Assembly: GCA_013239625.1 (NCBI GenBank)
Contig: MU054187.1
Coordinates: 17,972,711-18,036,710, forward strand
DNA length: 64,000 nt
DNA from: Lama guanicoe
Taxonomy: Eukaryota
Direction: 5' to 3'
Below, piece after piece: positions 48,951-62,035 of the stretch. A program made the translations under genes and the position numbers. The stretch's first letter is position 1, and each line of letters begins with the position of its first letter. Below the pieces are notes generated by a model, which made no database searches, was not told the DNA's origin, and saw only the letters and a program-made list of their open reading frames with translations.

Positions 48951-50116
48951 GGCTACGCCAGCCTTGCTCTGGGACTTGCCTTGTGACCAGGAGTGCACAA
49001 GAACAGTGGAATGTCTAGAACTTCATTTGCTCGTGGTTCTAAAGCCACATCTTCTCGGCCGAGTTATCAGTAATAAAGCTGACATTTTAATCTCCATTTG
49101 TCCATATTCTGTGTCTCTTACTCAGCTGGTCTCAAAATCAGTAGGTCTTCTAAAAGCCCGACAGCTTAGGCTATTTCTCTCTCTGCTTTCAAGCACCATG
49201 TACAACCATTACTCCACGTAAAATCCACCTTATATTGTGAGCTATTCAAAGTCAGTGGCCCTAATTTAGACTTACATATATTCCTCACAATGTCCAATAC
49301 AGTGTATTGAATATAGTAGGTGTATGACTACTGAACTAACTCAAACTGTTTCCCATTCCCCATAAAAATCAAATAATCCATTTCCATGAAATAAACCTTA
49401 ATATTTGGTACCCATTTAAGAAGACATGAAAGAATTGAGATTAAAAAAAAAAGAGGGGTGAAGACAAAGGACAATAAATATCCTAAATCATTTTTTAAAA
49501 TCTCTGGAGCTGGAATCTTCAGCTAGAAAATTGGAAGCAAATATTGGAAACTAAATCCTCTGAGGTGTGATGTTTAATTAAAAGGCAGAGCTCATTAAAA
49601 TGAGTACAATTCAGAACATAGTTCCAGTCGCTAAACTGTATCTTTGCAATTACATTTAGTTTCCATTAGATGTTAGAGGAGGGTTTGGATTTCGAAGATA
49701 CGGAAAAGCAACGGCTTACAACCAGTAGTCATATAATTGCTCTTTGGCATTAGCTGTTCTTAGAAAAGGAAGTTTTGGGAAATGTGCTGCATGAGATGAG
49801 AACAGAATACAATTATGCAGGACGGATCACAGTAATCAAATTTTCCATGATACTCTTGTGTGTGTGAGTATGCATTTTGTATTTGTGTATTAAAGATGAA
49901 ATGGCATTTTCCCCAATATTCCTCCCCCCGGAGTGACAGTATAGACATCAGACAAGCAAAAGAGAAATAAAAAAGTGTCAAAGCCAGAGAAGGGTTGATT
50001 TTGTTTCTTGGATTCAGTCTGGTAATTATCTTCAAAATAATAATCGTAATAACAACAGCCATAACAGTAACAGCTACTACTTTTATAATCATAACTATAT
50101 CTAATCATTAACCTAA

Positions 50117-50160
50117 GCATGTGCGTGCACGTGCACACGTGCGCTCACACACACACACAC
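50117..50160. repeat. Alternating purine-pyrimidine tract plus (CA)n
   Basis: gcatgtgcgtgcacgtgcacacgtgcgc-t-(ca)n. Confidence 0.9.
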
Positions 50161-50161
50161 A

Positions 50162-50325
50162 ATCATATTAACCTCAAAACAAATACGTGATGCAGGTACA
50201 GTCCCCTTCTCCATTCTGTAGGTGAGGTAGCTGGGACAAAAACAAGTTAAGAGACTTGTACTAGTTTACACAGCTTGTGCGTGTCAGAGCCACGATTCAT
50301 ACCAGGTCGTCTGGCTGTAGCCTCC
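50162..50325 (-). mobile_element. MIR fragment
   Basis: 'ccattctgtaggtgaggtagctggg...gttaagagacttg...cacagcttgt...cagagccacgattca'. Confidence 0.75.
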
Positions 50326-50529
50326 TTCCTGTTCATCTTCAGCTGAAAATTGTTCCAGTCATTTTTCTCATGTCCTTAGGAAAATGCTTCTGGGAATATT
50401 CTCATGGAAAATGTGCCATTAGAGTTTCCCTTAAATCTGAGATGATTTAAGCTGACAGATTCTTGGAAACATTTCAGCCTTTCACATGGCAGCTTCCGGT
50501 TCTAAGTCAACCCAGGACCCACCACCAAG

Positions 50530-51030
50530 TGTGTGCCCTTTGACTCAGCAGTCCTACTTCTAGGAATATATCCTAAGGGGAAGAAATATCTTTCTGTGAT
50601 TCTAGTCAAAGCATTTTTTACAATAGCAAATAACTATACAACTCTAACTATCCAATTGTAAGACATTGACTAAATAATTTTAGCTACAGTCATGTATAGG
50701 ATCCCAGGCAGCCATTACAAGTATTTGTAAAGAATAGTTAATTAAATGTGAAAAATTATAGAGTATATTGTCAAGTGAAAAAATTACAAAATAGCATTAT
50801 AATGCTTTCCATTTTTGGTCAGATATGAAACAGTAGTTATGTGTGTGTATGCACAACACACACACACACACACACACACACCGAAAACCCTGAAATGTAT
50901 ATACACTAAAATGTTTTACATTGTTTATGGGTTATTTAATTTTCTTCTCAGAACCAGTCAATATTTCTTAAACTTTTCACAATGCATATACATTAGCTTT
51001 GAAATCAGAAAAACAAGGATTAAAAAGTAA
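50530..51030 (+). mobile_element. L1ME-like 3' fragment with (CA)n
   Basis: 'ccctttgactcagcagtcctacttctaggaatatatcctaag', 'gcagccatta' and 'tattgtcaagtgaaaaaa'. Confidence 0.7.
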
Positions 51031-51399
51031 AAAGGACAATTTATATTTGTATAAAAATATACGTGTGGTTCCCAATGAAATATTAAATTGCAGTGGTGTA
51101 AGCAAGTCTTTCTATTCCCAGATTAATTCATCACAGTAAAAGATTTTTAAAGTACAGCCTCCCTGCTCTGCATTTTGTTCATGGCTCCTTATTTAGCCCC
51201 AACTGAGGGAACCCTCAAACACCGTAGCTCATGCTATTATTACATGGGCATTTTGCCTGTGATACAGTACATTTTTATCAAGCCCTTAAAGACAAACTGC
51301 ATTTGAAATGAAGAGTCCAAAATGTCCGTTTTTGTAGCGGAGAGTTGCTTTGATCCTGTTTCTCACCTGAGACTGGACGATCACCATCCGTGTTTGGTT

Positions 51400-51892
51400 T
51401 TTTCCCAAACCCACTGCTATTTCTCTCCCCTTCTAACCACCTACTGTGAATGTTACATCAGGATCCCCAAGTATATGTTTACTGTTTTAAACTGTGTGGC
51501 ATCTTTTGTGTGAGTGTGCTTTGTAATTTACAGAAATGGTACAGTGTAGATTTTCTTCTGTTTCTTACATTTTTTTTAGTGAGGACTGTGTTTCTGAGAT
51601 GCGTCCATGTTCTAGGATTACTGCATCATACCCCATAATGCCTGACAAGTGCATCTTACTTATTCATTCCCTTGTTGATGGACACCTAGGTTACCTTCCT
51701 CTGTTTCCTGTCCCCAAAAAACACTCAGATGAGCAGCTTTGTACACATTCACTTAGTTAGTCTTGAACCAGACTTTCTCTGGAATGTTAACCTAGCAGTG
51801 TGATTGCTGGGTCAGAGGTCATATGTATAGTTTTTTTTCACAAAACACTGACAGATTTCCTTCTTGAATGACCATGCCAGTTAGCACTCTGG
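51400..51892 (-). mobile_element. L1ME-like fragment
   Basis: 'cattcccttgttgatggacacctaggtt' and 'cctagcagtgtgattgctgggtcaga'. Confidence 0.7.
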
Positions 51893-52327
51893 ACAAAAAA
51901 AAAAATATTGTTAATTAAAAAAAAGTTGCAACTGTTTTCTCATTCACATGAGGCAAAAGAATTCATTTTTCAAGAAAATTTTGTTTGGGAAACATTTAAA
52001 TGGCTCCTTTGGAGTTATTTAACGGGCACATAACCAGTCTAAAAAGGAAAGTTGGAGACAAAGAAAAGCTAAATTGCTTTGCCTCCTAATAGAAGAGGGC
52101 TTTCATTTTGGCAAAGAACTCTTTGCACGTGATGATGCTTTTAGAAAAATGTATTTAATTCTTAATATGGACAAAGACCATGCTATCTCAGAGAATTACT
52201 GTTTGCTCTCAGGAGAGAGAGAGAGAAATTAATTACTCAGGAGGAAAGGAATAGAGACACAAGGACTAGAGGCAAATGAGGAAACATGCTTTTCTTCTAT
52301 TAATAGGTCCTAGAAGCATAGTGGACA

Positions 52328-53046
52328 TCCTCTTTATCCATTCATCTGTTGATGGGCACTTAGGTTGTAAGCTCTGCTAGGAACGTTGGGGTGCATGGAT
52401 CTTTTGAATTAGTGTTCTGTTGTTGCTGTTGCTGTACCACCGAGTAGTGGAATTGCTAGGTCCTGTGATAGTTCTATTTTTAATTTTTTGACAAACCTCC
52501 ATGCTGTTTTCCACAGTGAATGCACCAATTTACATTCCCATCAGCAGTGTGGGAGGGTTCCCTTTTCTCCATATCTTGCCAACATTTGTTACTTATGTTC
52601 TTTTTGATGCTGTCCGTTCTGACAGATGTGAGGTAGTATCTCATCGTGGTTTTGACTTGCATTTCCCTGCTGACAGCGATGTTGAGCATCTCTTCATGTT
52701 GGCCATCTGCATCTCCTCTTTGGAAAAATGTCTATTCAGTTCTTTTGCCCATTTTCGATTGGGCTGTTCGGATTTTTGATGTTGAGTTTTATGAGCTGTT
52801 TATATATGTTGGATATTTATCCCTTATCAAGTATGTCATTTGCGAAGATTTTCTTCCATTCAAGGGTGCCTTTTCATTTCGTCACTGGTTTCCTTTTCTG
52901 TGCAAAAGCTTTTAAGTTTAATTAGGTCCTGTTTGCTTAATTTTGCTTTTATTTCCTTTGCTTTAGGAGGTGAATCCAAAAAAACATTACTGTGATTTAT
53001 GTCAAAGAATGTTCTGCCTATGTTTTCTTACAGGAGTTTGATGGTA
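52328..53046 (-). mobile_element. L1 ORF2 C-terminal fragment (3' UTR absent)
   Basis: ORF 52480-52689 'REMQVKTTMRYYLTSVR...[21 protein letters not shown]' is the L1 ORF2 C-terminus. Confidence 0.9.
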
Positions 53047-55119
53047 ACCCAAAACTTTTAAAGAAGATAGAAATGTTCATTCTCTTAACTATGATGATAG
53101 TTTATACACACATCAAAACTTAAATTGTGAACTTTAAATCTAGATAATATATTAGACTTTAATTTTATATCGATGAAATTATAAAAAGCAAATAAGGAGA
53201 AAAGAAAAAGTATTCCTGCAGTATGGACTTGTCACATAGCAATATTTATTCCATTGCCTTCCAGAAATCTGCAAAGCTAAGTTTGGCATTATAATTTGCA
53301 ACTCTAAACAATTGCAGGTGGTAGAAAGGACTTTCCTTTGTTAAGAGGTGGTAGTCAGAAGAATATAAAACATCTTTATCCCTCACTTTGCTTATCAAAA
53401 TTCCATAAAGATGCTGTACTTGGAAATCCACTATTTTCTTCTTTGATGCTACAGACATAAACATGCCACCACCTGCAAATACACTGGCCTGTAAGAAAGA
53501 AAGTGACTAACACCACCAACATAGCAATAAATGCCATCAAAATTATTTGGATCTTTGCTTTACAGTTACTAATTTTTTTCAAGCACTATATTCAGAATTA
53601 CCACCATATATCTCTTTTCTTTAACAGGCAAAGGATTCAGGACTATTATCCTTGTTTCAACAGATTTTCTTCAATTTGCTTTTCCTGTTTTTCTATAGCT
53701 CTTTTAGCATGATGCTCATTCTATTTTCCTCCCTCTATGAACGTTAGATTAACCTTGAAAAACTGATACTGAAAGCCAGTGAGTTATTATGTGAACTGAG
53801 TATCTGGTGTCAACACAGCTCCTTGTATTTGAAGCGTCACTTAATTAGTACAGACTTGGAGAGGTGGGAACATTTATCTTGAACTGTACAGAATCTGAAT
53901 AGATCATTTGTCTAAGGTTATCACTTTTCAGGAGACAAAGTAGTTAATTAGCTGATTATTCAGTATGAAGGATTAAAGTCACTTCTGCTTTTATTGTATT
54001 TACTCTGATAATAAACAGAAAGTTTCAGTACTTAATGTTTATTCACTCTCTGGCAGCTCTCCTAAGTACCAAAAAATAGTTGCATTTAAAGTGCCAAAGA
54101 TTTCCTGGCAGTAGAAGTCAAAAACTTCCAGTAAAGATCTTATATAACTTGATTTTTGGAGTAATTACACATCACTGGAGACATCTTGTAAATTTACAGC
54201 TGAAATTGGCTCCAAGAGATTACCTGATCCAGCTGCCTAGTTTCCCAGGTGAGTCAACAGCAGCCCAGGCGGCTAGCGACTTACCCAAACCCAGTCTGAG
54301 CTATTTATTTTATTTTTCTCTTAATGCAATTCTAGGACGTCTTAGTTTAGCATCTGAGCTGATAACTTACTAAATCAATACCACAGGGGAGCATAGTGAG
54401 TAACTTATTTTAAGATATGATATCTGTACTTTGACTACCCTAGGAAATAGAGGTGTATGATGACACAGACTGAAAAATAACTAACTCTCCCCAGTCTGTC
54501 TTCCAATATACACAATCCAATATTATAAATAAAGCTTCTACTTTCTCGAATGTTACCAAAGTAGACTCAGGATTTTAGTATCATCAGGCTCCTGAAAAGG
54601 TCATGGTCAGTTTCCACATACGTTATCCATTACCCACTTCCTTGTTCCAGCACCCACTGAACGCTAAGTACAACACAAGATTACTTTCTGCTTGAATGGG
54701 AGAGGATCTAATTTAAGTTTTAAAAAGCTTGTAGTTGCTTCTGTGTAGAGGATAACTTGTAGGTGTGCCAAGAATAGAGATAAGGATGGTAAGTTAGGTA
54801 TCTACTGCCTTACTTAGTGTGTTGTGAAGTGGAATATAGAGCAGTAGCAAAGATGGGGCCATATCTGGATGGCATTTTGAATGTGACATCGACAGACGGA
54901 TCATGAGAGGGAAGAAAAAGAGAGAGATTACGTATGGCTTCTAGGTTTGGGTCATGGATGGCTGAATGGATAATGGCCTAATTTACTGAAATAGAGAATA
55001 TCAGGGAGGGTGGAAATAACTGGATTTGGAGGAGACCAATATAAAGAATTCCATTTCAGAAATAATAGATTTAAGATACAAACTGAATGAAAAGAAGTCA
55101 AGTAGGTAGAAAAGGTCAA

Positions 55120-55572
55120 TGTTAAAAATAAAAACGTGGGATAACCAGTGAAATGTAAATGCACGAGAGAGCTGTGAGTTTCAGGTTTATCACAGGACTT
55201 ACTGAGAACTGCAGTCTGGGAGATGCCTCTCAGTTGGCTCTGAGGAACTGCTCCCAAGAGGCGAGAGGGCATGTCAGCACATATGTGATTTTGGAGAAGG
55301 GGTACATGCAATCAAACACATGTCTCGGTAGAAGGTTACTGCTAGTCATGAGGCACAGATGTCTTAATTGATGATTTCAGTGCTCTTCTAAGTATAGGAA
55401 GATGTTAAGAATCTGGGCTCATGAAGTTTTCTCCTGAAAATATCTCACTATCTGAAGGCCTGTTCTACCAGTTTGCTGCCCTGAATTCCTGAATTCTCTG
55501 CCCTGAATTTCTTTCAAGGTGTGTTGAAGGTCAGGGACTGCGGTGGTTAAAGACTCAGTTCTTTATTTGGCA
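55120..55572. mobile_element. ERV1 solo LTR, MER41-like (artiodactyl type), inserted in L2
   Basis: TG...CA ends, 4-bp TSD TCAA (55116-55119) / TCAG (55573-55576), and 'ctctcagttggctctgaggaactgctcccaagagg' and 'ggaagatgttaagaatctgggctca' motifs. Confidence 0.75.
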
Positions 55573-55769
55573 TCAGCATATAAATGGTATTTAAACACAG
55601 GGACTAGAGGTTATCGCCTAGACAGAGAAATTAGGTAAAACCATGTCAGTCCAACAATCAGAGTTTGTGTGGGAAGAAATCAGAAGTAAGACTGAGAAAG
55701 AGCAGCAGGCAAGGTAGGAATAAAATGGGGGGGGGGGATTTTCTGTCACAGAAATAATAGATGGGCCAT

Positions 55770-56030
55770 CGGGAAAATGCATAGCAAAACCACAACTGAG
55801 ATACCACTTCACATCCACTAGAATGGCTATAATTAAAAAAAGAGATAATAATAAGTGTTGATAAAGATGCAGAGAAACTGGAGCCCTCATAAATTACTTG
55901 TGAAAATGTAAAGTGATGCAGCCACATTGGAAAAAGAGTCAGGCAGTTTCTCAGCATGTTAAACATAAAATAAACATGTGACTAAGTAATTCCATTCATG
56001 TATACCCCAGAGAAACAAAAATATGTTTAT
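55770..56030 (+). mobile_element. L1M ORF2 C-terminal fragment
   Basis: 'aaaaccacaactgagataccacttcacatccactagaatggctataattaaaaa'. Confidence 0.8.
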
Positions 56031-58739
56031 GAGCAAGTGCTTCTTCCACTAAAATATGAGGGAAGGCAAGAATATGGATTTAGATTCAGGTTGGTTGGTA
56101 GATTTGCTGATGGAAAGATGAGAAATTTTCTGATGGTTATATTTTAATAATGTTTAGATATACTGTTTCTAATATAATTAAATATTAGACTAGATGGTTA
56201 ACTAAAAGGATGAGGGAGGAAAAGGATTTCAGAGTAAGGAAGTATAAAATATTCCTTGTAGAGAATTAGAAAGTTCAGTGAATGTGGTTGGTCCATTGAA
56301 TTTGGGGGTCAGGACCTTAAACTACAACTGTCAGCACATATGTGAAAATTTCTCCAATAATGTTTGATTGCTGTCCTGTAAGTAGGTAATAAGTAAGCAA
56401 ATAATTGGGTTCAAACATATTTGAAATCTTATTTTTCACATACTTTCACAATGGAGGAAGAAAAGAGCAAGTAAACATATGATATTCTGTGATGACTGTT
56501 CTGGACCATGGCAGGTAAGTAGGGAAAAAGAGACATGAGATGCACAAAAATGGAAGAGTTACAGAGTCAACAGACATCTCAATGGGAAAATAAGAATTTT
56601 TGACATGAAATTATTTGAGAAAATGAGGTATATTAGGTGTTATATTCAGAGTAACAGGATTTAAAGAAGCTATTTGAGGTCCTAAGATATTAGAAGTGGT
56701 AAGTCTAGGCTATCACTGTGAAGGCATGTGACCAAGATGGAGCAGATAAAGCCCACCAAGGACAGAAGTCAAGAATGTGAAGGGCCAAGGTGTTGGATAA
56801 ATCATCCTGTATAGAGACTGAAATCACAAAAATTAATGCAAGAATGATGGGGGAAGAGTAAGTCAGCTTTAAAAATTTTAAGGTAATAAAGAGATAGTGA
56901 GCTGGTTGACAAATGGTGGTCAGGAGGAAAGAGAGCAAGTGATATCATCTGATGACACAAAGAATCTGCATCTTTTGGAAGTGGAGATAGGAGAAATTGT
57001 CTAGAAATGGCAATAAAAAACAAAAGAAACACTCATTTCCTTTCTAGGGACTAAGATTTTCCCAGAAATTTGCTAGTGGTATATCTTCATTTCTAGAGAA
57101 ATAGAAGAAAGTCTGGGGAAGGTACAGAATGAGGCATTAAATAGTTTGGGATTATGATTTGGGTGATGATCAGTGACTGGACCTGGACTTTGGAACTCAA
57201 TGAACAAGGTAAACATGATGCTGTCTATTCTTAGTTGATGGTAGGATAACAGTTCCGGTCATCATCCTTAGGATTTTATTAGAAGTTATGGACCTGCTGT
57301 GTTACTCTCCACTCCTCAAGTTTACAGTGAAATGTCACACAAAATTAGAGACCCATCCCTATGTATTGGCAATGTGAGAGCAAAGTCTATTTAAAATCCT
57401 CCAAGATTATTTTTGTATCAGTGAATCTCTTGATCACATTTGGCAGTCTACCTAGGTTCCATCATGAGTACTGAGAGGATACATTGTCTCATTAAAATGC
57501 ATGGTGCTCCAGACATGTTTCAATATAGAATCTTCCACACTATATGATTAAAATCTTAATTTTTATTTAAATAAACACAATCTGAGATGTCCACATCAAA
57601 ATAAACATAACTTGAAGCATTGGTTTTCTCCCCTCCTCTTTCTTTTGTTCTGCTACCTTCACCTCTACTTCTTCTAACATTTATCCAAATAACTAACTTC
57701 TAAGCCATTTGAAAAATCAAGATAAATTTTTTCTTTTAAAAATCTGTCTGGTAATATTTCTCTTTTAGGCACTTTTACTAAAATTATATTTCTAAGCTAG
57801 AGAAAAATACTGATATAGAAGTATTTCTATTAAAGCTATTTTTAAAGAGTTAAAATGATTGCTAAATAGCAATCTTCACTAGAAAATACATTCTGGAAAA
57901 ATGATTTAGTGCTTTTTGATAGCTTCTGGCTATTTCTAACCAATTTGAGTTGAAAAAATATGGACAATATGCAGAGAAAAAGAGTTGGGGTTAAGAAAAT
58001 ATGTTTGAATAAACTACAACATAAGTGATTTTTTTAAAGGAATAACCTAAAACTTTTTAGCATCAGGGGCAGAGAGCAGAAGATTTATAATGAAAACACC
58101 TTTGAACCAAAGTAAGCATTTCTGATAGGCAACTAGAGAATCATCAAGAAGTCATTACCTATGTTCAGTTTCTCGATCCTAATTACAGCAGCCTCACGGG
58201 TTGACAGCTGAATATTGACAGCATGGTTATTTACAACAGGAAAAATATCAGGATTGATTTTTGAGGAGGGTAAACAAAAGAAAATATTATAATTTTATGT
58301 TACTCATCTGAAAGACAAGTGAAAATAATAGATCTCATAATTGAAAAAAAATCTTTAAAGATTTCCAAATTGTGGAACAGAGAATTATTCTTCTTATGGC
58401 ATAAGGAAATAGTCTGCCTCTAATGCCATATAAGTTTGAATAAAACTAGCTGTTTTTCTCTTTCTTTTGTCTTATGAATAATTGTACCTGTTTGCCCTGG
58501 ACAATTCTATTTTTGCCTACTTTATAACACTGAGTGTTCTATGATATATTTGATGTAGAAATTGTGATAGAATTTTAAGGACCGTCGGTTGCACTGGGTT
58601 TTATATTTCTCTTATCTTTCAAAATTGTTACTATAATTCACCACATATAGCAGATGCTTAGTAAAAACTATTGACTGCTGAAACAATTTGAGTTTTATTA
58701 GTTATGAATTTTATCCAAGATAATTGCAATTAAATCAAC

Positions 58740-59550
58740 TCAATTCAACATATATTTATCAGAATCTCCTCCATACCGGTCACATCTTGGGTCAAGATAC
58801 GTAAGGGCTTTACATTTTCAAGGCACTTACATTCTAGCTGGGAAAAAGCTAATTAATAAGTAAAGAAACAAACAAACAACGTGGTTTCTCATTGTGGTGT
58901 ATATCAGGAAAGAAACAAAGTAATGGGAATAACCAGTGCAGGTCACCATTCAGAGATATCAAGAAAGGCTCCTTGGAAGAAGCACTATCTGAGCAGCCAT
59001 TTGAATGAAGTAGAATGAGACATGGAAATTATCTTGGGGAAGAGTGGTTGGTCAGGAACAGATGCCAAAGGAGTGACATTTGCATATCTGAGAAACTGCA
59101 AAGTGGCTAATTGCCAGAACACTGTGGTCAAAAGATATAGTAGAAGAGGATGAGGTCAGAGAGCTAGGTAAGGACATTCCACATGGAGCCTTGAGAACAA
59201 TATTAAGGAGTTTGGGATTTGTTCATATGTGATACGAAACACATATTGATTCTTTTTGGAGCAAGGAAATGACAGGCTCTGGTTTATATTTAAAATAGAT
59301 CATCCGAACTTCTGTATGGAGAATAAATTGCAGGGAAAGTGGACTCCAGGAGATGAAATGATAATCTATTGCAGAACACGAGGCAAGATGAGACGGCTTG
59401 AATCAGCCTGGTACCCAGAACAGAGGATGATGAGAAGCAGATCCAAGGTAAATATGTGGAAATCAGCATTGGTAGGACTTTCTTCCTAACTGGTATGAGA
59501 CAGTCTGATAGGACCAAGTGTAACTTCAGGTGATTCGTCTGATAATAGAT
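58740..59550 (-). mobile_element. L2 3' region
   Basis: 'attcaacatatatttat...cttacattctagctggg...gatgaggtcagagag...taaggagtttgg'. Confidence 0.75.
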
Positions 59551-60140
59551 GAAAAGAAGATGGTGACAAAGAAAGAAAATGTTATGTCAAAAGTAAAAAT
59601 TTACCAGTGAAAAACATTTTGTCAACATCACTAAGTAGTCTAGTTATTTGGGAAATAGAATTTAGTTAGTACACATTTTTGAGCACCTAAATTGTCAGAC
59701 CAAGTACTATGTTAGGTTCTCATAGACAGAGATAAATGAAGCAATTCATACATAATTCATAAGGTAGTCTTAAACTGTCATACCTTTTGGAAGATTGAGA
59801 TCTTTGGCTTTGGTTTACATAGAAGCCAGAAATAAAATCAATGTTGCTTCAGTCTTCTGACATAACTTCCATAAGTCTTAGCTGATCACTTATTCTCTGG
59901 ACTTCTCTTCCAATAAAAGCAAGCGCACAGAGTTATTTGGCTTTGAATAGAAACTCCAACATAAACATATTTATGAACTGTTCTCTTTATAGTTTATTGA
60001 TATAAATTATTGGTTTGCTTACTGTAGTGCCTAACCCCCAACCTAGTAAAAAGAAACAGAGATAATGAAAATAGAAAATTGCCTGTCTTCCATTCTATCT
60101 CTTTCTAGGCCAAGCGTCCATTCAGCATTAGGTGGGAGGA

Positions 60141-60172
60141 CCACGCTGTGTATAATACTCTATACAGCGTGG
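60141..60172. other. Inverted repeat / hairpin (12-bp stem, 8-nt loop)
   Basis: ccacgctgtgta-taatactc-tatacagcgtgg: 11 Watson-Crick pairs plus 1 G-T. Confidence 0.85.
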
Positions 60173-61017
60173 AGAAGCATGAAATACAGAGAACAGCAGT
60201 AATCTAAAACAATATACACCCCAGACGCAGAACAAAACTGTGTCATTGAAGAAATTCAAAAAAATGGATTTCAATCTTCCTTAAAGAAAAGAGGCAGACT
60301 CCTCAAAATGTTACTTCAACCCTGGTGTTGCAAACTAGGACCCTTTTGGCTAAATCCAACCTAGAGGCATGTTGGGTTTAGTTATCCATGTTTCTTTTTT
60401 AATGATGTTTAACTGGTTGCCAATATTTGACAATCAAAAAGATCTCACATCTTTCTCTTTAAGTTAAAAAAAAAATGACAACCCTGAAGAAAAGATCTAT
60501 ATTCCTGTAAGACAGCTAGCAGGAGCTAATTAAATGCCATGTCTTTAAAGTTAGCAGTTTGTCACATTTCCAGATACTCACTGTTGTCTCCCAATTATTT
60601 AGACCAAAGATCAGTTTTAAGTTGTCCAGATCGAGGCTGATGCACTCAGCTGTTTTTCCTTTGTTGCCACTCTTCTCCCAGAGGATAGATTGTGGAGTAA
60701 TCCATCCTCCACACATCAGCATCAATTGGAATGATCTTTCTAAGTAGAAATCAGATTATATGATTCCTCTGTTTAAATGTCTCAAGTGATTTCACATTGT
60801 CCTTAGAATAAAGTCTGAACTGACTCAGGCTCTACCTGAGTTTTAGAGCCAGGAATATTCTATCAATAAATATAATTCATCTGAATGTGGTATTCATTTT
60901 TGGTAAGTACTTCGTAAACCCTACTTAGAATACTTATTGGGTAATTTACTTCTAATACAAAAAATAGATGATTTCATATGATGGTCATATAATGTTACTT
61001 TTTGTTTGGTATATTTT

Positions 61018-62035
61018 ATTATTTTTATTGAAGTGTATTTGATTTACAGTGTTGTGTTAGTTTCTGGTGTACAGCATAGTGATTAAGTTATACATATATA
61101 CAAAATTATTTTTCATATTTTTTTCATTATAGGATATTACAAGACATTGAATATTGTTCCCTATGTTATACAGTAGGACATTGTTGGTTATCTATTTTAT
61201 ATGTACTAGTTTGTATCTGCTATCCCAAATTCCTAATTTATCCCTTCCCTCCCTTTACCTTTTGGTAAAATGCAGTTGGTTTTCTATGTCTGTGAGTCTA
61301 TCTCTGGTTTGTAGATAGTTCATTTGTACTATTTTTTTTAGATTCCACATATAAGTGATATAACATGATATTTGTCTTTCTCTGTGTGACTGACTTCACC
61401 TAATATGATAATCTCCAGGTCCATCCATGTTGCTGCAAATGGCATTATTCCATTCTTTTTTATGACTGAGTAGTATTCCATTGTGTATATATACCACATC
61501 TTCTTTATCCATTCATCTGTTGATGGACACTAAAGTTGCTTCCATATCTTGACTATTGTAAATAGTGCTGCTATGAACATTGCTGCATGTATCTTTTTGA
61601 CTTAAGAGTTTTCTCTGGATATATGCCCAGGATTGGGATTGCTGTATCATATGGTAACTTTATTTCTAGTTTTACAAGGACTTTCCGTATAGTTGTCCAT
61701 TGTGGTGGCACCAAATTATATTTTCATCAACATTGTAAAAGGGTTCCCTTTCCTCCACACCCGTCAGCATTTATTGTTTGTGGACTTTTTAATGATGGCC
61801 ATTCTGACAGGTGTGAGGTGACACCGCACTGTACTTTTGATTTGCATTTCTCTGGTAATTAATGATATTGAGGATCTTTTCATGTGCCTATTGGCCATTT
61901 GTATGTCTTCATTGGATAGATGTCTATTTAGGTCTTCTGCCCTTTTTTTTTTTTATTGTATTGTTTGGTTTTTTGTTATTGAGTTGTATGAGCTATTTGT
62001 ATATTCTGGAAATTAAGCCCTTGTCAGTCACATCA
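61018..62035 (-). mobile_element. Young artiodactyl/camelid L1, 5'-truncated, complete 3' end
   Basis: 16-bp [19 protein letters not shown] (61002-61017) / TTGTTTAGTATATTTT (62036-62051). Canonical TTTT/AA endonuclease site at 62048-62053. Confidence 0.95.

Larger units (their letters stand above)
54700..57100 (-). mobile_element. Fragmented L2 LINE, including an endonuclease-domain remnant
   Basis: Purine-rich antisense L2 motifs ('gtcaagtagg', 'tcagcatataaatggtatttaaa'). ORF 56705-56938 'SIQDDLSNTLALHILD...SHAFT' resembles the L2 APE motif 'NIHIDDPSNTLASQFLD...HSHGHTLD'. Confidence 0.65.

Noticed and set aside
48381..49018. ORFs on both strands and a possible CpG island
   Set aside because: They fall within an LTR-like block, and CpG density looks too low for a true island.
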